DNA from: Piedraia hortae CBS 480.64
Taxonomy: Eukaryota
Reading direction: 5' to 3'
DNA: 44,219 nucleotides
Assembly (NCBI GenBank): GCA_010093745.1
Contig: MU006012.1
Location: 56,732-100,950 of the forward strand
Position 1 is the stretch's first letter, and each line of letters begins with the position of its first letter. The translations under genes were made by a program, and so were the position numbers. Of this stretch, positions 1 to 8,333 are shown piece after piece. The notes beneath the pieces were generated by a model. It worked only from the letters and a program-made list of their open reading frames with translations. It was not told the DNA's origin and did no database searches.

Positions 1-95
1 AAAGCAGACTCCCTGACCAAAGCACGGTCGTCTATCCCTATCTTTTGATCGAAACCGCGCACCGTGGAGTGCTGAATCGAATCAGCAAGGGGGAG
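1..95 (+). mobile_element. 3' end of the internal region of a Ty1/Copia LTR retrotransposon (RNase H C-terminus, short 3' UTR, polypurine tract)
   Basis: 1-48 translates KADSLTKARSSIPIF*, matching the Copia RNase H terminal motif ADxLTK(A/P). AAGGGGGAG at 87-95 is a typical Copia PPT and abuts TGTTG at 96. Confidence 0.8.
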
Positions 96-210
96 TGTTG
101 TGAATATGCGGTATATTACGCGCATTATTAGTAACCGTCGCTCGGCTCTCGACTTCACGCGTCAACTAGTTTTCCGTAGAGATTTGTATGCAGGTACACA
201 TCTGCTCACA
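96..210 (+). repeat. 3' LTR of the Copia element (right boundary uncertain; ...TCACA at 210 is a candidate)
   Basis: Starts TGTTG directly after the PPT. 96-159 is identical to 44156-44219. Confidence 0.7.
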
Positions 211-268
211 ATTATAATATAAAGTGTCGCGAAGCGGCTCGGTCCGGCCCGTACTCAACTACCACTCA

Positions 269-1147
269 ATGTTGTCCTCCGTACGCAGCACAATGTTATT
301 TGTACGGCCACTCTTTCGTGTGCGGGGCATCCATCCTCTCCGCTCCTTCTCTACTTCGAAACTACTCTTCCAAAAAACCTTCCCCACTGCCGACGTCGTC
401 GCGGACGCGATACCCCCGTACCCCTACCCCACGCAGTGGTACAAGCAATCCTCACGGGGCCTGTACGCGGGGCAGACGATAAAATTCGGGAATAATGTGT
501 CTGGGAAGTTTAAGTATAAGACTCGAAGGGCGTGGAGGCCAAATGTCTTTTCGAAAAGGCTTTGGAGTCGCGGGCTGAATTGTCATGTTAGGGTTAAGTG
601 TTCGGTCAAAGCGCTTAGGACGATTGAGAAGAATGGGGGGTTGGATGAATACCTTCTTGGGATTAAGGAGGGGAGGGTTAAAGCGCTAGGCGAGATGGGG
701 TGGTTGTTGCGTTGGGCGATACTTAGGACGGAGGGGGTGAGGAGGAAGTTTGAGATTGAGAGGAGGGGGCTTGGGCTGCCTGATAAGAGGGATGTTGGTG
801 GGGAGGGGGTTAAAGTCAGGGTTGCGAGGGGGAGGTATCTTGTTTTGACAAAGGATGGGTGGAGGAGGGTTAGGCCTAAGAGGGAGGCGGCTGCGCCGAG
901 TGTGGAGGTGTTTGAGGAGGTTTTTAGGGAGAAGATGGCTAAGAGGCAGGATGCGATTAGGATTGAGATGGAGGGGTTGAAGGGGAATGAAACTGAGAGG
1001 ATGAGGTTGGAGAAGATGTTGTTGACGCCGAAGGAGGAGAAGGAGGCGTTGAGGTTGGCGAAGAGGGAGTGGAGGAAGAGGGTGGTTGAGAAGGAGCAGC
1101 AGCAGGAAAATCAGAAGCACCGGAAAGGCGGATTGCAAAGCGTATAA
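269..1147 (+). CDS. MRPL24: Mitochondrial large-subunit ribosomal protein bL28m
   Basis: WYKQSSRGLYAGQTIKFGNNVS...KTRRAWRPNV...ALRTIEKNGGLDEYLL is the Ribosomal_L28 signature. The Arg/Ser-rich N-terminus resembles a mitochondrial presequence. First ATG at 269. Confidence 0.93.
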   Translation: MLSSVRSTMLFVRPLFRVRGIHPLRSFSTSKLLFQKTFPTADVVADAIPPYPYPTQWYKQSSRGLYAGQTIKFGNNVSGKFKYKTRRAWRPNVFSKRLWSRGLNCHVRVKCSVKALRTIEKNGGLDEYLLGIKEGRVKALGEMGWLLRWAILRTEGVRRKFEIERRGLGLPDKRDVGGEGVKVRVARGRYLVLTKDGWRRVRPKREAAAPSVEVFEEVFREKMAKRQDAIRIEMEGLKGNETERMRLEKMLLTPKEEKEALRLAKREWRKRVVEKEQQQENQKHRKGGLQSV

Positions 1148-1152
1148 TGGTA

Positions 1153-2418
1153 TTAAACGTGTGACTTTTCGGAAGTCGTGTATTCTCTTTTTGTTTGCAA
1201 GTTGGCTAGATAGGGAGAGTGGAAGAGTTTGCCCGTCCATATGCCTTTGATTGTACCAGCGGCGATCACCATCCAGAGTAGAAGGACGGAAGCGCCGATG
1301 ATTGTTCCGGCTACTCTGAAGAACAGCGACGGTAGCTCCTCCCCAATGAGAATGGTCGTGATAGCGTACAATCCAATGGGAAAAGTAAACCCCCACCAGC
1401 CCATGTTGAATGGAATTGGCCAGGAAATGTAGATGGATGCAAGGCCATAGATGAACCACACAAGGCCCCAGCCCCAAAGCACAAAAGCAGTGAGAAAGCC
1501 TAGTGAATAAAAAATCTGACCCGTCATAGGATCAAGTGTTTTTGTCTTTGGAAACAACTTCATTGCAAGCTTTCCCATCTGCAGAGCCCCAAACCCACCA
1601 AAGGCAAGGGGACCAACCGGCAGGAAAACGCTAGCAACTGTCTCTCTGGGAGGCATACGATGCATAGCCAAGCGGTGGAAATAAGTCATCAAGACGCAGA
1701 ATATCATCGGCATGGCCATGCTCCACATGGTAAAGCTGACCACCAGCGTACCGAGAGCATATTGTGCATTAGGCAGGGTCCAAGCTACTTCAGACCCCAC
1801 GCCTGCAGCTACAGTCGTTGCCGCTATGGGGAGGATCTGCGCCGCGGTAAAATTATGCAGACCTCTTTCATGGCTAGCAGACATGAGCAAAATGCCGAGG
1901 ACAAGAGTGACGATGACTGCAACAATGCTGTCAATCATCCACAACGCCCAGCCGAATTTCACAGCCCAATTGCCCCAGGCGGGAGAACAGAGAAGAATCC
2001 ACATTTCAGCAATTGTGGCGAAGCCCATGGGAGCTGTACCGAGGAAGAGACTATTATTCGGATCGGCAATCATGACGCTCCAGATTTCCGGCCATATCGT
2101 GTACCGTAATATGCTGATGACCAATGCCAAGGTGAACAGTACAATGTTCAGCCCAAAGAACATTATGCTGAAGACGGTGATCCACTTTGCTTTCCAGGGG
2201 ATCATGTAGAAGATGATGGAGACTATTCCCGTCCCCATATTGACCGTAAACCACGAGGGAGAGAAGTTGCGAACAATACGCCGCCATCCTCGCTCATTGC
2301 GATTGTCTATAGAAACTTGCGGTCTGGTATGGGCCACCGGTTCTTCATTGATCGACGGTTTGGAAGACTTGGGCTGTTCTTCCTCGGTCTTGGATGAAAT
2401 TTCTGATTGAGCAAGCAT
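1153..2418 (-). CDS. SSU1: TDT/SLAC1-family transporter (sulfite efflux pump Ssu1 / Mae1-like)
   Basis: GWRRIVRNFSPSWFTVNMGTGI, SLFLGTAPMGFAT, SVFLPVGPLAFG and FNMGWWGFTFPIG motifs; about 10 hydrophobic segments. Confidence 0.88.
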   Translation of the reverse strand: MLAQSEISSKTEEEQPKSSKPSINEEPVAHTRPQVSIDNRNERGWRRIVRNFSPSWFTVNMGTGIVSIIFYMIPWKAKWITVFSIMFFGLNIVLFTLALVISILRYTIWPEIWSVMIADPNNSLFLGTAPMGFATIAEMWILLCSPAWGNWAVKFGWALWMIDSIVAVIVTLVLGILLMSASHERGLHNFTAAQILPIAATTVAAGVGSEVAWTLPNAQYALGTLVVSFTMWSMAMPMIFCVLMTYFHRLAMHRMPPRETVASVFLPVGPLAFGGFGALQMGKLAMKLFPKTKTLDPMTGQIFYSLGFLTAFVLWGWGLVWFIYGLASIYISWPIPFNMGWWGFTFPIGLYAITTILIGEELPSLFFRVAGTIIGASVLLLWMVIAAGTIKGIWTGKLFHSPYLANLQTKREYTTSEKSHV

Positions 2419-2588
2419 CGTCCTGTCGTACACCTTGTCTTCCCCTCCGTTATCTTTTGCAAGGAGACGTCTGACCGCCTCATCCTAACGAGGATAACGT
2501 CCGATTGGCTTGCGCTATTTTGGGATACAGTGCGGACCGTCCCACACTCGGAATCAGCCGAGGTTCGCTCAACGTCGACAAAAAAAAA

Positions 2589-4187
2589 ATGTCCCTCGCC
2601 AAGACTTCTACCAGACTTTGTGCTTTGGGACGGCTATCATGTCGCTCCTTCAGCGTCTCCTCGAAGCCTCTGATTGCGATATCGGAGATGAAAGAGACTG
2701 ATCTGTCCAGTCTGAGAGTCAACAAACAACGTCTGATGCAAACCCTGCACCACACGTGCGAATGGGGGAAAGGCGAACGATGGGGGAGGTAAGTGTCTTA
2801 TCGCTTCTTGATTTCATGATGAACAAACGCACCCACAAAATATGACCATTGGTTTGATTAAAATCATCATCATAAGAACAGCCATCTGATTGAATACCCA
2901 ACGACTTCTCATCTGCTCTGACAGAAACTGGCTAACAGCATTAGTGGCGAAACAGAGACGGGCATGTCCCGCTTATCGCTCTCAGACGACGATAAGCTTG
3001 TGCGCGACTGGTTCCGTGAGACATGTTCGTCTCTCGGGTGCAAAGTAGACCACGACGCCATGGGGAACCAGTTTGCCATCAGGCCTGGGCTGGACAACTC
3101 GGCCCCTCCAACATACGCAGGTAGCCATCTGGACACTCAACCCAGCGGGGGCCGATACGATGGTATCCTTGGAGTGGTAGCATCGGTAGAAATGCTGCGC
3201 GTTTTGAACGACAACTGGATAGAAAGCAATTATCCCATTGGAGTAGTCAACTGGACAAACGAAGAAGGTGCCCGTTTTCCCCGTTCCATGAATTCTTCAG
3301 GCGTCTGGTCTGGAAGCATATCCCAGGACGAAGCCCACTCCCTCCGCTCTGTAATCCCACCCAATGACACTGCAACCATGAAAACCGAACTGCAGCGCAT
3401 TGGATATCTAGGAAACATATCGTCAAGCTGGCAAAACATGCCTATGGCCGGCCACTTTGAATTACACATCGAACAAGGGCCTATTTTGGAGGCATCTAAG
3501 CAAAGTATCGGCATTGTGCGCGGCGTGCAGAGCTACCAATGGCATACTGTGACAGTCAAAGGTCAAGAAAGCCACACGGGAGCAACCAGCTTTGCCCACC
3601 GTGCAGACGCTCTTCTAACAGCAAGCAAGATGATCCTTGCTTCCCACAGCATCGCAGCGAAGCATGATGCCCTCGCTTCAACCGGCATCTTGATGCTGAA
3701 ACCGGGGTCTACAAATACAGTCCCGGGAGAGGTGCACTTCACGCTCGACGTCCGAGCCGCGCAAGACGAAATCGTCGATACTGTTGTTCGAGAGTGTGCC
3801 TCCGAATTCGCAGCCCTTGCCTCCGGCGAGATTTTGCCAGAGGGATGTGTCCCTTCTTCCCGTCAGTGCACTGTCTCATGGACAGAAGACTTTGTCAGTC
3901 CTGCTACACATTTCAGTGAAGAGTGCGGACGGTGCATCACTACCGCTGCGAAGAGGGTTTTTGGAAACCAAGAAATGTCTCACTGGGGAAGGGACATGAT
4001 GTCAGGTGCTGGTCACGATTCGGTAAATACCAGCAGAATCTGTCCCACGGGAATGATTTTTGTTCCATGCAGGGATGGCGTTAGCCATAACCCCAAAGAG
4101 TTTGCCAGTGAGGAAGCATGTGAAGATGGCGCAAACGTCCTATTGGGTGCCGTGGTTGAATTTGACAAGCTTCGCGGGAAAAAGTGA
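2589..4187 (+). CDS. Peptidase M20 family N-carbamoyl-amino-acid hydrolase / beta-alanine synthase (Pyd3-like); exons 2589-2788 and 2945-4187
   Basis: GSHLDTQPSGGRYDGILG, WTNEEGARF, HFELHIEQGP, SGAGHDS and SHNPKE motifs. The GTAAGT...CTAAC...TAG intron (2789-2944) joins WGS-GETETGMSRL in frame. Confidence 0.92.
2811..2895 (+). ncRNA. Intronic box C/D snoRNA with two antisense elements to 18S rRNA
   Basis: Box C ATGATGA 2816-2822, D' ATGA 2842-2845, C'-like TTGATTA 2854-2860, box D CTGA 2886-2889. Guides CACCCACAAAAT (2830-2841) and TAAGAACAGCCAT (2873-2885) complement the conserved 18S segment AUUUUGUGGGUG...AUGGCCGUUCUUA. The host intron is 156 nt versus 45-52 nt for the other spliceosomal introns here. 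Confidence 0.85.
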
Positions 4188-4278
4188 CTGGGTATTCTTG
4201 AAGGCAGCGCTTTGCAGCCACGAAGTGGATTATCTAGCTACACAGGGACTGTAGCCACTCCGTTTTTGTAGGTACAGT

Positions 4279-4858
4279 TTAAGCACCACCACGACCGTAA
4301 CCACCACGGAACTCGGGACGGAAGCCTTCGCCGCCCATGCCACCTTCTTTGTCCGCATCACGACGGCGGTATCTATCAAACCGTTAGCTTCATTCTCCTT
4401 GCTGCTCGTGAATACCCACCCATCGCGATCACCACCACCAACACGGGGTCCACCACGTCCACCACCCGGACGACGATCACGCTCATCGCCGCCCATCATA
4501 CCACGCGGCGGAGCGTGAGTGCGCTGCTGCTTGACGTGCGTTTGGGGTACGACGTCGGCCGGTAGATGGAGCCATTCGCGGAGGTAGTCGAGTCCCTCGG
4601 GCGTCAAGGTATAATAATACCACTGCCAGCTGAACTGAGTCTTGAGATACCCGCGCGAGGTCAGTGACTGGCAAGCCTTGATGACATATAAGTTCTTGGT
4701 ATCGATTTCACCGTGCTTTGGCTGGTTGAAGTCCTTCTTCGCGACCAGCACGCCCTCGTTGAAGAGGTATGCGTGGATCTTCTTGCGATCAGCCTTGGGA
4801 ATCAGCCTGGATGCGGTTAGACGGTATTCGACGCAACGGGTCACCTGTCCACGTACAT
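4279..4858 (-). CDS. RPS10: 40S ribosomal protein eS10; exons 4858-4857, 4806-4420, 4372-4279
   Basis: Spliced product MLIPKADRKKIHAYLFNEGVLVAKKDFN...TQFSWQWYYYTLTPEGLDYLREWLHLP...FRGGYGRGGA*. Intron 1 (GTACGT...CTAAC...CAG) splits the start codon AT|G. Confidence 0.96.
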
Positions 4859-4917
4859 TGTTTGTTGGTGGGTTGACGGTGGTCGGGTTCAATTCCGTGA
4901 GGTGCAAAAGGCTTGGC

Positions 4918-4941
4918 GGAATTTTGACCCCACATGTGACT
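4918..4941. promoter_or_regulatory. Candidate element in the RPS10/RPS8 bidirectional promoter (GGAATTTT plus CCCCACATGTGACT)
   Basis: The same 14-mer CCCCACATGTGACT recurs at 5786-5799 upstream of DPH3, beside GGAAATTTTT. It resembles Homol-D (TGTGACTG) or a Cbf1 E-box variant plus an RRPE-like motif. Confidence 0.5.
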
Positions 4942-5015
4942 TCTTGGCAGCCCGCACAAATCGCTTCCACCGCTCACCTCCACCGTAGACAAACCCTGAC
5001 TTTACGACAAGAACC

Positions 5016-5722
5016 ATGGGGTAAGCCCTTTGCCTTGCAAAACACGAAACGGCTGACAAATGACAGTATCTCTCGCGACTCGCGACATAAGCGCAGCGCC
5101 ACTGGTGCCAAGCGCGCATACTATCGTAAGAAGAGGTATGCATAACCCGATCGCCCCTTCAGTCTTTCTCTGACAGAAAGCCAGGGCGTTCGAGAAAGGC
5201 CGCCAGCCGGCCAACACGCGTATCGGTCCCAAGCGTATCCACTTGGTGCGCACGCGTGGCGGCAACCGCAAGTTCCGCGGCCTTCGTCTCGACTCGGGCA
5301 ACTTTTCCTGGGGCAGCGAGGGCATCAGCCGCAAGACCCGCATCATCGGCGTCGTCTACCACCCGTCCAACAACGAACTCGTCCGCACCAATACGTTGAC
5401 CAAGTCGGCCGTTGTGCAGATCGATGCCGCTCCTTTCCGTCAATGGTACGAGACCCACTACGGTCAGTCGATCGGCCGCCGTCGTCAGCAAAAGGCCGGT
5501 GAAAAGGTTGAGGAAGAAGCGAAGAAGAGCAAGAGCGTTGCGGTAAAGCAGGCAGATCGCTTGAAGAAGGCCGGCAAGCCGGAGTTGCCCATTGAGAAGC
5601 AGTTTGAGGCCGGCCGTCTGTATGCCGTTGTCGCTTCGCGTCCCGGCCAGAGCGGTCGCTGTGATGGCTACATCCTCGAGGGCGAGGAACTGGCATTCTA
5701 TGCTCGTGCTATCCGTAAGTAG
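5016..5722 (+). CDS. RPS8: 40S ribosomal protein eS8; exons 5016-5020, 5067-5135, 5185-5722
   Basis: Spliced [39 protein letters not shown]...[22 protein letters not shown]; canonical GT-AG introns with CTGAC branch sites. Confidence 0.97.
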
Positions 5723-5904
5723 AACTGTTAGGCTCACGTTCTGAAACCGTCCCATCATCTCATTCGTTCGTCATCTCGTCTGCTGCCCCACATGTGACTC
5801 GGAAATTTTTGTGCATGCAACATTTACACCAGACCAAACACAACACAACTCGCGCATCTTCGAAGACAACTAGTCCAATCCTACTCAATCACCGCACGCC
5901 CAAA

Positions 5905-6159
5905 ATGTCAGAAGAGAACGTCTACGACGAAATCGAAATCGAAGACATGTACTTTGACGCGGCTCTGCAAATTTACACGTACCCGTGTCCCTGTGGTGAC
6001 AGGTTCGAAGTCGGCATCGATGACCTCCGCGACGGCCAGGATCTTGCCGTCTGTCCGAGCTGCAGTCTCATCATCAAAGTCATTTACGATGTGAGCGATC
6101 TGGATAAGGGGCATACGGGAGAAGGGATGGGGGGTATGGCGAGTGGGATTACTGTTTAA
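5905..6159 (+). CDS. DPH3: Diphthamide biosynthesis CSL zinc finger protein Dph3/Kti11
   Basis: YDEIEIEDM...[11 protein letters not shown]...[14 protein letters not shown]. Confidence 0.95.
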   Translation: MSEENVYDEIEIEDMYFDAALQIYTYPCPCGDRFEVGIDDLRDGQDLAVCPSCSLIIKVIYDVSDLDKGHTGEGMGGMASGITV

Positions 6160-6553
6160 GATGGTTTGGCAAGGGAGGGGTAATGCGTAGAGAAATGGAT
6201 GGCGTTACGGATGGATGGCGCAAGGTCTCGTTCGTGGCTACGCTGTGGGATAGACAAGAAGTTGCGGTGGGAGCCTGTAGTCATGGAGTTGCGGTGTCGT
6301 TCATGCACAGCATATCTTGTCTCATTGGACCACGAATTTGTCCTTCCGGGCAGGATGCGCGGGATGGTGCATATTCCCGTCTCAATCGACGTACAAATTC
6401 CCGGATTGCATCCCCAAATAGATTGCGTCTTGTTTGCTTGGAGGGGTCCAGCGGGAGGTTCCGTCACTCTTGAATTAAACGTGGGGTAGCTCAACCACAG
6501 CTCCAGCCTCGTTGCTGTCAATTTTCCCTCCCCTCCAACCTCAGTCATTCAAC

Positions 6554-7169
6554 ATGTCTACTTCTCGTTTCCTGCGGCAGGCTAGCCGTCTCTCGACGCG
6601 TTTGGCTCCTATTTCTGCCCGGCCCGTGACTTCCCGTCCGATCGCGCTTCCCTTGCTCTCGAATGGCGCTCAAAGACAGCTGAATCTGGCCATGGGAGGC
6701 CTTGCACACGACAAAGAGCCCATTGCTGAACCCGCGGCTGATCGTCCGTCTCATCCCACACCCATTAGCGAGGAGAAATATCACGATCGTGCCGATCATT
6801 TCATGGATGCTCTCAATGAACGCGCAGAGAAGCTTCAGGAAACGCGTGATGATGTCGAGGTTGAGTATAGTGTGAGTGCGCATTCCTCTGTCTGTTATGG
6901 GTAATTTATTGATGAAATAGGCTGGCGTCCTCTCAATCACGATACCCTCAAAAGGAACCTATGTCATCAATAAGCAGCCGCCTAACAAGCAGATCTGGCT
7001 GGCTAGTCCCGTTTCCGGCCCCAAGAGGTTTGACTGGGTGCTTGAAGATGAGGGACTGCACCAAAAGGAAGGTAGTGGAAAGGGTAACTGGATATATATC
7101 CGCGACGGCACGTCCCTGACTGAGCTACTGAGAGAGGAGGTTGGACTGAAAATGGCCATTGACTGTTAG
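6554..7169 (+). CDS. YFH1: Mitochondrial frataxin; exons 6554-6871 and 6921-7169
   Basis: Spliced [46 protein letters not shown] is the frataxin/CyaY signature; mitochondrial presequence-like N-terminus. Confidence 0.95.
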
Positions 7170-7194
7170 TTGATGAAGTGTACCTGTGTTACTG

Positions 7195-8262
7195 TTATGA
7201 TATCAAATGTGGAACGCCAACTCGATCAGCTTCTGCGTTCAATGCACGCACCTCGGCTTCGACATATGGAATCCCTTCTTTCTTTCTCTTTTCCTCTGTC
7301 TTTTGTTCAATCTCACCTGGAAAGTGGATTCTGTCCACGTCTGCCGCCTTCTCGCTCGACACAACTCGTTTATATAGATAATCCATTCGCTGTTTGAACT
7401 CTTCCAGTCCCATGAACAGGTCTGGCTTGATGGCAACCAGGAAATGGCCAACGTCGGCTGGTCTAGAAGGGTCATAGGGATTGTTGACGCCGCCCGCAAA
7501 GGCAGAACCAGAAAGGACGCCGGAGAAGACATCCATCATGATAGACAGTGCAGAACCCTTTGGTCCACCCATGGGCAGCATGACGCCTTCCAAGGCCGCG
7601 GAAGGATCGTCAGTAGGCCGTCCATCGGCATCCAAGGCCCAGCCAAGCGGGATTTTCTCACCTCGTCGCTGGGCTTTGTAGATTTTGCCTCTGGCTGCCA
7701 CGGAAGGAGCCATATCTAGAATGAAAGGGGGAGCTTCGCCAGCGGGAGCTCCACAGGCGATGGGACTGACACCCATGAGCTTCTCCTTGCCGCCCCATAC
7801 AGGCAAAGCAGGTGAGCTGTTTGTAAAGACGAGACTCATCATAGGGGGGTCATGATCCAGTGCCTGCTGGACCAACCAAGCCGACATACCAAAATGATTG
7901 CTATGCTTCACGCTGCAGAGACCGATGCCATATGTAGCAGCCATCTCACATGCAGCACGCATTCCCATGTGTGCGGCGACGAAGCCGAAGCCGTTCCTCC
8001 CATCGACCTGTGCGACAACAGGACTGATCTGGGTAAGACTAGGCTGAGCGCGAGCATCCAACACGCCCTGGCGGATACGGTTCATGTACGACGGGATGCG
8101 GTTGACTCCATGCGTGTCTACACCGCGAAGGTCAGCGGCAACGAGGCAATCGGCCACGATCTGGGCGTGTTCAGGGGAAACGCCATTGCCCTCTAGCACC
8201 CGCACAACAAACACCTTGACGTCGGCAGCCGAGAAGACTTTGTATTTCTCATCGTCGGCCAT
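7195..8262 (-). CDS. Ldh_2-family NAD(P)-dependent dehydrogenase (malate/L-lactate/ureidoglycolate type 2)
   Basis: ADLRGVDTHGVNRI, SNHFGM, ILDMAPS, GGPKGSALSIMMDVFSG and PGEIE motifs. Confidence 0.9.
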   Translation of the reverse strand: MADDEKYKVFSAADVKVFVVRVLEGNGVSPEHAQIVADCLVAADLRGVDTHGVNRIPSYMNRIRQGVLDARAQPSLTQISPVVAQVDGRNGFGFVAAHMGMRAACEMAATYGIGLCSVKHSNHFGMSAWLVQQALDHDPPMMSLVFTNSSPALPVWGGKEKLMGVSPIACGAPAGEAPPFILDMAPSVAARGKIYKAQRRGEKIPLGWALDADGRPTDDPSAALEGVMLPMGGPKGSALSIMMDVFSGVLSGSAFAGGVNNPYDPSRPADVGHFLVAIKPDLFMGLEEFKQRMDYLYKRVVSSEKAADVDRIHFPGEIEQKTEEKRKKEGIPYVEAEVRALNAEADRVGVPHLIS

Positions 8263-8333
8263 TGTGTGTGTGGGGGCATCGAATGTCCCCCGCCATGAAA
8301 GGCGGCACCGACATCGAACTCAAACAACTCACC

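Noticed and set aside
686..1477. Long antisense ORFs (e.g. 686-1477, 5159-5758, 18391-19017, 42591-43226)
   Set aside because: They shadow well-supported genes on the opposite strand and are explained by codon bias or base skew.
4230..4970. 246-aa single-exon ORF overlapping RPS10
   Set aside because: An artefact of reading through introns; the spliced three-exon model gives normal eS10 termini.
6160..6550. Possible structured ncRNA (RNase P/MRP/SRP) or small gene between DPH3 and YFH1
   Set aside because: No ordered P4/CR motifs, SRP helix-8 motif or C/D boxes found, and the ORFs have no recognisable family.
2589..8262. Ureide/pyrimidine catabolic cluster (M20 amidohydrolase plus Ldh_2 dehydrogenase)
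   Set aside because: The two genes are separated by four unrelated housekeeping genes, and substrates cannot be assigned from sequence alone.
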